Source: Candidatus Aegiribacteria sp.
GTDB taxonomy: Bacteria; Fermentibacterota; Fermentibacteria; Fermentibacterales; JCC-6
Direction: 5' to 3'
Length of the DNA stretch: 64,000 bases
Assembly: GCA_030594645.1 (NCBI GenBank)
Contig: JAUVEU010000007.1
Coordinates: 1,158 to 65,157, forward strand
The notes under the pieces are model-generated. The model did not search any database and was not told the DNA's origin. It saw only the letters and a program-made list of their open reading frames with translations. Of the stretch, positions 31,164 to 40,317 are shown piece after piece. The position numbers were made by a program, and so were the translations under genes. Numbering within the stretch: position 1 is the stretch's first letter; each line of letters opens with the position of its first letter.

Positions 31164-33116
31164 CTAAACATCAAGATTTCTTACTTCTGCCGCATGGAGC
31201 TGGATAAATTCTCGTCTTGGTTCTACATCATCACCCATAAGAACTGAAAATATGTGGCTGGCCTCCATAGTGTTCTCCAGCCGGACCTTAAGAAGTATTC
31301 TTGTTTCAGGGTCCATAGTCGTTGCCCACAACTGATCCGGATTCATCTCTCCCAGACCCTTGTACCGCTGTATTACTAAACCCTGTTCTCCAAATTCCTT
31401 CGTTATTTCCTGTCTTTCTTTTTCGTTATATGCGTAACGCTTTGTTTTTCCTTTCCTTATCAGATACAGAGGCGGTTGGGCAATGTAAATGTAGCCTTTT
31501 TCTATAAGCTCTATCATGTGTCTGTAAAAGAAAGTCAACAGAAGCGTGCGGATATGTGATCCGTCTACATCCGCATCGGTCATTATTATGATTTTATGAT
31601 ATCGAACACTGTTTATATCGAAATCTTCTTCAATTCCTGTTCCAGCAGCAGTTATTATTGTTCTTATCTCGTTGTTGTTCAGCACTTTTCCAAGTTGTGC
31701 CTTTTCAACATTGATTATCTTGCCTCTAAGCGGAAGAATTGCCTGAAAGTACCTGTTTCTTCCCTGTTTTGCCGAACCGCCAGCAGAATTTCCCTCAACT
31801 ATGAACAGCTCTGCTTCTTCTGGTTCGTTCACGGTACAATCTGCCAGTTTGCCCGGCAGAGCAGCTGTTTCAAGAGCTGATTTTCTTCTGGTCAACTCTC
31901 TTGCTTTCTTCGCAGCCTGTCTTGATCTGTTATTGAGCAAGCACTTCTGCACTACTTTTCGTGCTATAGAAGGATTTTCCTCAAAGTATTCGGAAAGACC
32001 TCTGTTCACAAGTGATAATACAGCTCCCTGCACATTCCTGTTTCCCAGCCTTGTTTTGGTTTGACCTTCAAATTGAGGATCCGGTATCTTAACACTGATT
32101 ACAATAACAAGTCCTTCTCTTACATCACTGCCCGAAAATGTATCATCTTTATTGCTGAACATTTTATTGGTGGATGCGTAATCGTTCAGAGTTCTTGTAA
32201 GCGCTGACTTAAGACCTGAAAGGTGAGTTCCTCCGTCAATAGTGTTTATATTATTAACAAAGCTGAAAATGTCCTCTTTAAATGCCTTGTTGTACTGCAG
32301 CGCTACATCGATTAGGAGAATTCCTTCATCGCCCATCTCTATTTCACCTGCAATTCTTACAGGATCATGCAGCGTATGGTTTGCCTCGTTAATATATGAA
32401 ACAAATGAACTCAACCCGCCTTCAAAACAAAATTCATCCTTCCTCAGGTCTTTTTCAGAGCGTTCATCATTCAAAAGTATTTTCAATCCGTTATTAAGGT
32501 AAGCAAGTTCTCTTAATCTGCCGGACAGGGTTTCATATTTGAATTCAGAAGTTTCAAATATTTCCTCATAATCGGGCATGAATCTTATTCTTGTTCCGGT
32601 AAGATCTGTTTTACCCCGTTTTTTCTGTTCCGTCTGAGTTTTGCCTCTTCTGTATTCCTGAAAATAGATGTATCCATCGTTATGGACTTCCACTCTCAGC
32701 CATTCCGACAGAGCATTCACAACACTCACACCAACACCATGCAACCCTCCGGAGGTTTTGTAAGCTGAATTATCGAATTTACCTCCAGCATGGAGAGTGG
32801 TCATTACCACTTCCAGCGCAGGCTTTCCTGTTTCGTGCATGCCTACGGGAATTCCTCTTCCGTCATCGTCAACTGAAACAGATCCATCTGAATGAAGGGT
32901 GATTGCGATTCGCTTGCAAAAGCCTGATTGTGCTTCGTCAATGCTGTTATCTACCACTTCCCACACCAGGTGATGAAGACCTGTCTGTGATGTTGAACCG
33001 ATGTACATACTTGGTCTTTTTCTAACATGCTCAAGACCTTTTAGAACCTTAATAGAGTCAGCGTCGTAATTAGTGTTTTGTCCGTCTTGTTCGGTCAATA
33101 CTTCTCTGCCTTCCAC
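31164..33116 (-). CDS. gyrB: DNA gyrase subunit B
   Basis: EVVDNSIDE, GGLHGVGVSVVNALS, VEGNSAGG, MTDADVDG and RYKGLGEMN motifs. Confidence 0.97.
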   Translation of the reverse strand: MEGREVLTEQDGQNTNYDADSIKVLKGLEHVRKRPSMYIGSTSQTGLHHLVWEVVDNSIDEAQSGFCKRIAITLHSDGSVSVDDDGRGIPVGMHETGKPALEVVMTTLHAGGKFDNSAYKTSGGLHGVGVSVVNALSEWLRVEVHNDGYIYFQEYRRGKTQTEQKKRGKTDLTGTRIRFMPDYEEIFETSEFKYETLSGRLRELAYLNNGLKILLNDERSEKDLRKDEFCFEGGLSSFVSYINEANHTLHDPVRIAGEIEMGDEGILLIDVALQYNKAFKEDIFSFVNNINTIDGGTHLSGLKSALTRTLNDYASTNKMFSNKDDTFSGSDVREGLVIVISVKIPDPQFEGQTKTRLGNRNVQGAVLSLVNRGLSEYFEENPSIARKVVQKCLLNNRSRQAAKKARELTRRKSALETAALPGKLADCTVNEPEEAELFIVEGNSAGGSAKQGRNRYFQAILPLRGKIINVEKAQLGKVLNNNEIRTIITAAGTGIEEDFDINSVRYHKIIIMTDADVDGSHIRTLLLTFFYRHMIELIEKGYIYIAQPPLYLIRKGKTKRYAYNEKERQEITKEFGEQGLVIQRYKGLGEMNPDQLWATTMDPETRILLKVRLENTMEASHIFSVLMGDDVEPRREFIQLHAAEVRNLDV

Positions 33117-33402
33117 TTTTTCCAGGCATCACCGCTTTTATATCAGTAAAAAGCTCCTCGCCTGAAACCTTATTCAAATTCGAGAGTATCTCTTCTTTTC
33201 TGAGCCTGATTTCCATTCCTGCAGCCGGATGAAGAATCTTTACAAGAATTACCGATCTGTCACAGCCGACAGGTATAGTTAATCCTGCAAGTTCTGTTCC
33301 TACAATTTCATTCCAGCAGCTAAGTATCTCGTTTCTTTGCTGATACTTGCCCAGTTCGAATTTCCTGAATACATCAGATATCAGTAATCCGATTTTTTTC
33401 AT
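33070..33402 (-). CDS. dciA: DUF721/DciA family protein
   Basis: W.EIVG..LA and L...IL..LN pattern; canonical position upstream of gyrB. Confidence 0.8.
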   Translation of the reverse strand: MKKIGLLISDVFRKFELGKYQQRNEILSCWNEIVGTELAGLTIPVGCDRSVILVKILHPAAGMEIRLRKEEILSNLNKVSGEELFTDIKAVMPGKSGRQRSIDRTRRTKH

Positions 33403-33433
33403 ATGTAACCAACGAACTGTGTTTTTGTTACAA

Positions 33434-34570
33434 TTATTCTAATTCTGTCTGGCTCTCAAGCGTCTTTGAGAGTTTGACAGGCATTATCAGTGCCAGGTAT
33501 GAGTCATCTCCTTCAGATTCTTCCTCATCGTTTATGAGAACAGCTGTATTGCTGTCCTTCATCCTCATTACAATCCTCTCACAACTCATATTACGAAGAA
33601 TCTCCATAAGGAAATTTCCGTTGAAACCAATCTGAAATGGACTACCGTCATATTCGGAAAGAAGAGTTTCTTTTGCTTCTCCGGCATCTGCACTTTCAGC
33701 CTGAACAACTGTTTTCTCTTTTTCCAGAGAGAATTTTACCTGGTGTGTTGATGGATTAGCCATAGTTTTAACACGTCTCAATACAGCTATAAGGCTTTCT
33801 CTGTCTGTATGAAGAATGCAGTCATTGTCTTTTGGAATTACTTTTTTGTAAGGAGGATACTCGCCATCTATAGTGCGGCTGAATATCATGGTATTGTCAA
33901 ATTCAAACGATATCTGAGAACCCTTAAAGCGTATATTTACATCACCATCGGAGGAAAGCTTAGCAAAAAGATTAAGAGCTTTCTGTGTGATCAGCGCTTT
34001 AATGGAATTGTCGGACTTAATACTTGAGAGGCTGATACAGCTTAACCTGTGGCCATCAGTAGCAACCATTTCAAATCCGTCTTTACCTATATCAAGTAAC
34101 GCTCCGTTAAGTGTTGCTCTATAATCATCTTTTGCAACGGCGTAAGATGTCTTTCTTATAGCGTCAGAAAATATGTTAACTTGAACTATACATGGTTCCA
34201 TACTGCTTTTAGACGGAAGAGTAGGAAACTGATCGCTTGAACTGCCGCTTAAAGAAAATAATCCATGACCGCAATTTATGGTAATCCTGTTACCTGTAGC
34301 ACTCATTCTTACTTCTTCTTCAGGCAATTCACGTACAATTTCATGCAATTTTTTTCCAGGAAGTGTTATTGAACCTGCAGTTGTAATCGAAGCTGGAACC
34401 GTAGTTATTACTGTAGTATCAAGATCTGTTGCAGAAAGTTTAAGTTTGTCTCCTTCTGTTTCAAGAAGAACATTGGTTAAGTATGGAAGACTGCTTCTTG
34501 CGGGAAGCGCTGTTGCAACAGAATTCAAACCTTTCAGCAAATCAGAATGATTGACAAGAAGCTTAATCAT
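33434..34570 (-). CDS. dnaN: DNA polymerase III beta clamp
   Basis: SATDLD, VATDGHRL, GEYPPY and LIMPV motifs. ATG at 34570 after GGAGG. Confidence 0.96.
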   Translation of the reverse strand: MIKLLVNHSDLLKGLNSVATALPARSSLPYLTNVLLETEGDKLKLSATDLDTTVITTVPASITTAGSITLPGKKLHEIVRELPEEEVRMSATGNRITINCGHGLFSLSGSSSDQFPTLPSKSSMEPCIVQVNIFSDAIRKTSYAVAKDDYRATLNGALLDIGKDGFEMVATDGHRLSCISLSSIKSDNSIKALITQKALNLFAKLSSDGDVNIRFKGSQISFEFDNTMIFSRTIDGEYPPYKKVIPKDNDCILHTDRESLIAVLRRVKTMANPSTHQVKFSLEKEKTVVQAESADAGEAKETLLSEYDGSPFQIGFNGNFLMEILRNMSCERIVMRMKDSNTAVLINDEEESEGDDSYLALIMPVKLSKTLESQTELE

Positions 34571-34774
34571 AAGTTTTCCTCCAGCTTGATGAAAACAATT
34601 ATAAGAGAACAATAATGATAGTTATTATACACGTGGATATGTAGACATGTCACGTGTTATACGAATGCATGTATGTTCATGGATGTTGAAAAAATGTTGA
34701 AAAATGAATAGTGAAACATTGGTTTTCAACATTCACGTTTTTTGAACAATATTATCCATACAATTCTCCACATA
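34571..34774. other. oriC: replication origin oriC (dnaA-dnaN intergenic part)
   Basis: DnaA-box-like 9-mers: TGTTGAAAA at 34684 and 34695, TTTTCAACA at 34723, TTATCCATA at 34752, TTCTCCACA at 34764, tandem pair at 34632-34648. The tandem pair is followed on the minus strand by a trio-like AT-rich run (34611-34628). Core gene orientation flips at dnaA/rpmH. Confidence 0.7.
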
Positions 34775-36124
34775 CTAAATTGAAGTAAGTTTTCTTCTTA
34801 ATTCTGCTATCGTTCTTTCAAGTTCGGCATCATGTTTTTTCAATTTATCTATTCTGTCGATGGAATTTAGAACAGTTGAATGATCACGCCCAGAGAAAAA
34901 CGAACCTATCTCCTTAAGTGACATGGAAGTAAGTTCCCTCATAAGAGACATGGCGACCTGTCTTGGAATAAGAATGTTCCTCTTTCTCTGTTTTCCTTTG
35001 AGCTGCCCTGGAGAAACATTGAAGTTCTCAGCGACAGCGGATGTAATATTTCCTGCAGTAAGTCTTCTTGTTATTGAACCGAGTGAGGAACGAATCTCTC
35101 TCTGTGCGATATCCATATTTATTTCACAGTCTGTTAATCGAGATATTGCAGCAAGTCTGTGCACAACCCCTGCAAGCTGACGAACATTCTTTCTGATAGA
35201 AGAAGCGATATAATCAAGGACATCATGTGAAACAGACAATTTTTCATCTCGAAAGAGAAGCTGAAGAATAGCAATACGTGTTTCGTATTCAGGAGGCTTT
35301 ATATCAGCTACAAGTCCCCATTGAAAACGGCTGATCAAACGTTCATGAAGATCCTGAAGCTCATGGGGAGGTCTGTCTGAAGTAAGGACTATCTGTTTAC
35401 CGTTCTGATGAAGTTCATTGAATCTATGAAAAAATTCTTCCTGAGTCTGTTCTTTCCCTTTAAGAAACTGAATGTCGTCCATCAGGAGAAAATCAATATT
35501 GTGAAACAGCTTCCTGAATTTTGAGAAATCATTCTGCAGAACTGATTTAATATATCGATCAACGAGCAGTTCAGTGGACAGATAGTGAAATGTTCGACCC
35601 TTTCCTTCCTGATGAAGGCTATGTGCTATAGCTTGAATAAGATGTGTTTTTCCAAGACCGACACCACCGTAGATAAAAAGGGGATTATAGCTGGCGGAAT
35701 TGCTTCCACGGCTGACAGCAAGAGCTCCTGCATGAGCAAGCTGATTGTTAGGGCCAACAACGAAGTGGTCGAATGTATAGTTTGAACGTAGAAAAGCCGT
35801 ATCGGATTGGCCTGAAGCTCTTCTGGCGGAAAGAGAAATAGAAGATGAAGGACCTGGTTTTGCAGGATCACCGATGAATTGTAGCGCAAGATCTTTTCTA
35901 CCGGAGATATCTCGAATAAGTTCTTCAAGAAATTCACCAAATCGGGATTTGGCATGACCTGCAACGAATGAATTCGGAAAACGGATTACCATAAGGCTTC
36001 CGTTAAGATCTTCGAAACTTGATTTTTTTAGCCAGGCTTCAAATTCAGTTGACTCAAGTGAATTTTTCGCTTCGCTGAGACATTGAATCCATAGCTCGGC
36101 CGGGTTAAAACTGTCCATCTTCAT
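34775..36124 (-). CDS. dnaA: chromosomal replication initiator DnaA
   Basis: YNPLFIYGGVGLGKTHL, DDIQF, QEEFFH, SDRPP and RDHSTV motifs. Confidence 0.98.
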   Translation of the reverse strand: MKMDSFNPAELWIQCLSEAKNSLESTEFEAWLKKSSFEDLNGSLMVIRFPNSFVAGHAKSRFGEFLEELIRDISGRKDLALQFIGDPAKPGPSSSISLSARRASGQSDTAFLRSNYTFDHFVVGPNNQLAHAGALAVSRGSNSASYNPLFIYGGVGLGKTHLIQAIAHSLHQEGKGRTFHYLSTELLVDRYIKSVLQNDFSKFRKLFHNIDFLLMDDIQFLKGKEQTQEEFFHRFNELHQNGKQIVLTSDRPPHELQDLHERLISRFQWGLVADIKPPEYETRIAILQLLFRDEKLSVSHDVLDYIASSIRKNVRQLAGVVHRLAAISRLTDCEINMDIAQREIRSSLGSITRRLTAGNITSAVAENFNVSPGQLKGKQRKRNILIPRQVAMSLMRELTSMSLKEIGSFFSGRDHSTVLNSIDRIDKLKKHDAELERTIAELRRKLTSI

Positions 36125-36438
36125 TCCAATCGTTGATAGAAGTCTAACGATATAACTTACAGTAGGTTGTCATACATATCCACAAGTGAATCCACAAAAA
36201 TGAAGTATAGTATATTGTTTAAACGCAAAAACATAAGGAAAAACCATCTTTCTGTTGTCGCAACAATGTTGAAAACCTTTGTCAGACTATTTGAAGCTGC
36301 CACAAATACTTGACAGAAAGCATTCTATTGGCTAACTTCGATAATCGTTGAACAAAGAAATATTTTCTAAGTTAGTGATGATACTGTTGCAGAAATCCTG
36401 ACTGCGTCAAGTCTGGTTTTCGAGAGAGAGTGAATAAA
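36125..36438. promoter_or_regulatory. dnaA/rpmH divergent promoter region with DnaA boxes
   Basis: ATATCCACA at 36176, GAATCCACA at 36188, TGTTGAAAA at 36267; plus-strand TTGACA(36310)-17-TAACTT facing rpmH. Confidence 0.6.
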
Positions 36439-36573
36439 ATGAAAAGAACGTTTCAGCCGAGCAATATTTCAAAAGCAAGAAGACATGGATTCAGAGCGAG
36501 AATGGCAAGCAAGAATGGCAGGAAAGTACTTAATATGAGGCGGCGCAAGGGCAGAAAGAATCTGATTCCCTGA
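36439..36573 (+). CDS. rpmH: 50S ribosomal protein L34
   Basis: Read manually (below the ORF-track cutoff): [44 protein letters not shown]. Confidence 0.97.
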   Translation: MKRTFQPSNISKARRHGFRARMASKNGRKVLNMRRRKGRKNLIP

Positions 36574-36577
36574 TAAA

Positions 36578-36922
36578 ATGAAGAATACCCTGAAGAAGGG
36601 ATACCAGTTCAGAAGGATACTAAGAACAGGTAGTGCTTTCAGAGGAACATCTTTCAGAGCTGTATACAGACTGAATTCCCTGGGCATTATTCGCCTGGGG
36701 TTTTCGTTGTCAGCAAAGTGCGGTAACTCTGTTAAAAGAAACTTAATGAGGAGAAGACTCCGGCATCTTTCAAGAGAAAAGGGAATGAATACCGGGGCAG
36801 ATGTCGTTATAATACCTGAAGGCAGGCTTTCAAAAAGTAACTGGGAGAGCTTGAGGGAGGATTTCAAAGGGCTGCTGGTTTCGATAGAGGAAACAGAGAA
36901 AAACAGACAGAAAAATAGATAA
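36578..36922 (+). CDS. rnpA: ribonuclease P protein component
   Basis: RLGFSLSAKCGNSVKRNLMRRRLR (RNR-like motif); synteny. Confidence 0.93.
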   Translation: MKNTLKKGYQFRRILRTGSAFRGTSFRAVYRLNSLGIIRLGFSLSAKCGNSVKRNLMRRRLRHLSREKGMNTGADVVIIPEGRLSKSNWESLREDFKGLLVSIEETEKNRQKNR

Positions 36923-36971
36923 GAAATAGTAATGAGAAAACGTATAAGTCGACTAAAGAAAATCTTGCGGT

Positions 36972-37214
36972 ATGAAAATCAGCATGACTGTAATGCTTAT
37001 TGCCGTTGTTAAGGTTTACAGGAAACTTATCTCACCACTGTTTCCACAGAGTTGCATTTACACACCAACCTGCAGCAGGTATGCGGAAACAGCATTAACA
37101 AGGTATGGGGCGATAAGAGGAGGATGGCTTACTGTTCTAAGGGTTCTAAGGTGTCATCCATTTAAAAAGGGTGGATACGATCCCGTTCCTGAAAAATGGG
37201 AGAATCGCAAATGA
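36972..37214 (+). CDS. yidD: membrane protein insertion efficiency factor YidD
   Basis: ISPL, C.Y.PTCS.Y, RCHPF and GGYDPVP motifs. Confidence 0.95.
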   Translation: MKISMTVMLIAVVKVYRKLISPLFPQSCIYTPTCSRYAETALTRYGAIRGGWLTVLRVLRCHPFKKGGYDPVPEKWENRK

Positions 37215-38821
37215 GTGATCAAAAAAGGCTTCTTATAGCAGCAGTTCTGATGGCGGCAGTGTTATTTGTCAGCTGGCAGTTCATGGGGAAAACAACATCG
37301 CAAAACGAATCGATAAACACCCCTGGTACAATTGAAGATCAAATAATTCCTGAACAGACAGTTATTCCGGAAGATTCAGAGGTTGTAAAAACTCTTCCGT
37401 TTGATACACTGTCGATAAAAGTATATGAAGATACCCTTGTTATTGATGCTACAGAAAAAGGACCGGAAGAGCCAGATGAAAGGCTAATAACAGTAATAAT
37501 CAGGGGCAAGGACGAAGATTTAGTATATGCTGAAATATCAACATATGGCGGAGCAATAAGAAACTGGGAGCTTCCACAGTTCGAAGATATGCCGGGTGGA
37601 GGCGAAGGAAGATGTATAAACTTTAATGGAAACAGCTGGCTCGATAGAGACGTAGTGTTTGAAACCGATTCACCGGACACGCTGATAGTAGATGAGCAGC
37701 CACAGACAATTGTATTATTCACAGAAACTGAAAAAGAGCTCAGGTATACATTTACACCTGATCATTACGGATTCAGCATTGAAGCAACAGGATTTGATGA
37801 GATGATAAGCATTCCAGCAGGTGTACTTCCTGTGAGTGAGATGAATGTGAATGCTTCAAAGTATTTCAAGGCACAGTGGAACGCGGAAAAAATAAAGGAC
37901 AGAAAATCAGGTGATATCAATGAAATAGAGCAGGTTGGAAACGTCAGGTGGATTGCCGCAAGATCCCATTACTTTGCAATTATACTGATGCCTGAGTCAT
38001 ATGAAAGGGCATATGGATATGTATTACCATCCGGGCCGGAAGAATCTCCGTCAATTGGAATTCAGGATACAAGAGTTAATGTATTCGCTGGACCCCTTGA
38101 TTACGGAAGATTGCGGAAACTGGGCGGAGATACAAGCAGACTGGTTGATTTTGGATGGCCATTCATAAGGGAAATAGGAAGACTGCTCTTCTGGTTCTGT
38201 ACTAATGTAATTGCTTCTGTAAGTAACTGGGGGATAAAGATAATAGTACTTGCGTTAGCGCTTAAACTGGTACTTTTACCTCTTACAGACAAAAGTTTCA
38301 AATCAATGGCGAAACTCAAGCAGGTTCAACCGAAGATGAAAGTGCTTCAGGAGAAATTCAAAAGTGATCCGAAAGCACTACAGACGGCAATGCAGAAACT
38401 ATACCGTGAAGAGGGAGTCAATCCTCTTGGAGGATGCCTGCCGATGCTGATGCAGATGCCGGTATTTTTTGCACTATACAGGGTACTTGCGAACTCGGTT
38501 CAGCTAAGAGGCGCTCCATTCATGCTGTGGATTCAGGACCTTTCACATCCTGAAATTCTCATCAAACTTCAGCCACCTATACTTGGCCTTCATGGTATAG
38601 GGCTGCTGGCTGTACTGATGGGTGTAGCAATGTTCTTCCAGCAGAAAATGACAATGACAGATCAGAAGCAGAAAGGAATGATGTACATGATGCCTATATT
38701 CATGACATTCCTGTTCATGCGCTTCCCAGCCGGCCTGACTCTTTACTGGTTCACTAATAATCTGCTGACAATAGCACAGCAGGAAATGATCAAGCGAAAA
38801 CTGGAAAAAGCACAAGCCTGA
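37211..38821 (+). CDS. yidC: membrane protein insertase YidC
   Basis: [30 protein letters not shown] and GLTLYW motifs. ATG at 37211 overlaps the yidD stop. Confidence 0.95.
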   Translation: MSDQKRLLIAAVLMAAVLFVSWQFMGKTTSQNESINTPGTIEDQIIPEQTVIPEDSEVVKTLPFDTLSIKVYEDTLVIDATEKGPEEPDERLITVIIRGKDEDLVYAEISTYGGAIRNWELPQFEDMPGGGEGRCINFNGNSWLDRDVVFETDSPDTLIVDEQPQTIVLFTETEKELRYTFTPDHYGFSIEATGFDEMISIPAGVLPVSEMNVNASKYFKAQWNAEKIKDRKSGDINEIEQVGNVRWIAARSHYFAIILMPESYERAYGYVLPSGPEESPSIGIQDTRVNVFAGPLDYGRLRKLGGDTSRLVDFGWPFIREIGRLLFWFCTNVIASVSNWGIKIIVLALALKLVLLPLTDKSFKSMAKLKQVQPKMKVLQEKFKSDPKALQTAMQKLYREEGVNPLGGCLPMLMQMPVFFALYRVLANSVQLRGAPFMLWIQDLSHPEILIKLQPPILGLHGIGLLAVLMGVAMFFQQKMTMTDQKQKGMMYMMPIFMTFLFMRFPAGLTLYWFTNNLLTIAQQEMIKRKLEKAQA

Positions 38822-38851
38822 TCTGAAAAGGTTTAGAGAGAACACATCAGA

Positions 38852-38888
38852 TGGTGAAATATTCCGGTTAAATCCGAATATTTCACCA
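38852..38888. repeat. inverted repeat downstream of yidC
   Basis: TGGTGAAATATT-c-CGG-ttaaat-CCG-AATATTTCACCA. Confidence 0.7.
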
Positions 38889-38901
38889 GATTGCTTAACG
38901 A

Positions 38902-39020
38902 AACGGTGTAGAAGCGCTTGCAGACAAGGCATACGAAAGAGGTCGACGCAGATGTATTGTATATACTTCAAGGAAGGCCGATTGAGCATAACGCAGTATG
39001 CGAGTGTCTTATGCACCGTT
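38902..39020. repeat. 119-nt imperfect long hairpin (MITE/REP-like element or structured RNA)
   Basis: Ends pair over about 24 nt with G-U wobbles; two internal AAGG/ACGCAG juxtapositions. Confidence 0.55.
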
Positions 39021-39042
39021 ACAGTAGTAACTCTGGTGAGAT

Positions 39043-40317
39043 ATGCGGATTAAAGTCTCACCTGAGATAATATGCGCTCCCGCCACACCCGAAGGATATT
39101 CAGCGCTTGCAGTGATACGTGTAAGCGGAAAAGGATCCTTAGACCTTATAGAGAGAATAATGTCTCTAAAAACCGGAAGACTACGGGGAATGAGAAGGAA
39201 GCTGGGAGTAATTTCTGACAATGGAAAGGTAATAGATGAAGTTATCGCTTTTTCGTGGCCTGCAGAAAGAAGTTACACAGGGGAGGAAATGGTCGAGATA
39301 ACATGTCACGGAGTTCCGGAAATAGTCAGAGGGATTATGGATGTTCTCGTAAGGCATGGAGCTGGAAAAGCACATAACGGTGAATTCACAAGAAGAGCAT
39401 TCATATCAGGAAAGCTCAATGCAATACAGATAATGACACTTGCATCGAAATGGAATAAAGGAAACGAAAAAGGAAATATTTCCGGAAGATTCGGCAGGGA
39501 ATGCGAAGAATTCATTAATCAGATTGAAAAAGTAAAGGAACTGCTTGAAGGTGATATTGAATTCGGGGAAGCTCATCTTGACTCCGAGAGAATAGCAATT
39601 CTAACAGAACTTTCGTCATTAATTAGAGACTCAGAAAAGCTTATACAGCAAGCTGGAAAAATCGAACAGGGTCAGAAGGTTTTTTTAATGGGCCCTGTAA
39701 ACTCAGGTAAATCAACACTTTTCAATATACTCGCAGGAGGCAAAGCTCTTGTATCAGATGTTCCGGGAACAACAAGGGATGGAACAAGAAGGAATGTAGA
39801 GTTAAGAGGGAGGAAAGTCCTTCTATGTGACACTGCTGGAACCGGAGGGGAAGGACTGGATATACAGGCATCAAAGACGGTACTGGATGAAATACAGGAG
39901 TTCGACAAAGTAGTGTGGATGTCGCAGAACGGAAAGGAATCCGCACCAGAAGAGTTATCAAGCAAATTGCCTGAAATCCTGGAAGTAGCAAGCAAAAGTG
40001 ATCTGAATCAAGTTTCAAAGAAATCCTTCGAAGAAAATGGAAAAATCCTTAAACTCTCTTCAATAACGGGAGAAGGGATACTTCTATTAGAAGAATGGAT
40101 TTCAACATCTCCCGGAAACATGTCTCTGGCAGGGGCGTTAGACAGAACTGTGAACCATATAGTAAATGCGGAAAAATTTGTAACAGGAGATGAATTCGGA
40201 ATTGCTTCAGAGCATCTTAATGAAGCGGAAAGAGAGATACGAAGCATCCTTGGAAAAGGAGAGAACCTGACATTGAGCGTAGAGAGAGCCCTTTCAAGCA
40301 TGTGCGTAGGGAAATGA
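39043..40317 (+). CDS. mnmE: tRNA modification GTPase MnmE
   Basis: ATP.G.SA..VIRVSG, SYTGE, GEFTRRAF, GPVNSGKS, PGTTRD, DTAG and terminal CVGK. Confidence 0.93.
   Translation: MRIKVSPEIICAPATPEGYSALAVIRVSGKGSLDLIERIMSLKTGRLRGMRRKLGVISDNGKVIDEVIAFSWPAERSYTGEEMVEITCHGVPEIVRGIMDVLVRHGAGKAHNGEFTRRAFISGKLNAIQIMTLASKWNKGNEKGNISGRFGRECEEFINQIEKVKELLEGDIEFGEAHLDSERIAILTELSSLIRDSEKLIQQAGKIEQGQKVFLMGPVNSGKSTLFNILAGGKALVSDVPGTTRDGTRRNVELRGRKVLLCDTAGTGGEGLDIQASKTVLDEIQEFDKVVWMSQNGKESAPEELSSKLPEILEVASKSDLNQVSKKSFEENGKILKLSSITGEGILLLEEWISTSPGNMSLAGALDRTVNHIVNAEKFVTGDEFGIASEHLNEAEREIRSILGKGENLTLSVERALSSMCVGK

Noticed and set aside
38902-39020. Long hairpin considered as 6S RNA, SRP RNA or tRNA
   Set aside because: Too short for 6S and lacking its large central bubble; I could not find the SRP GGAA-tetraloop domain or a cloverleaf. 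Kept as an unassigned element.
39043-40317. MnmE is short and has SKSD instead of NKxD, suggesting a pseudogene
   Set aside because: The frame is intact, G1-G3 and the terminal CxGK are present, and it is coupled to mnmG; this looks like ordinary divergence.
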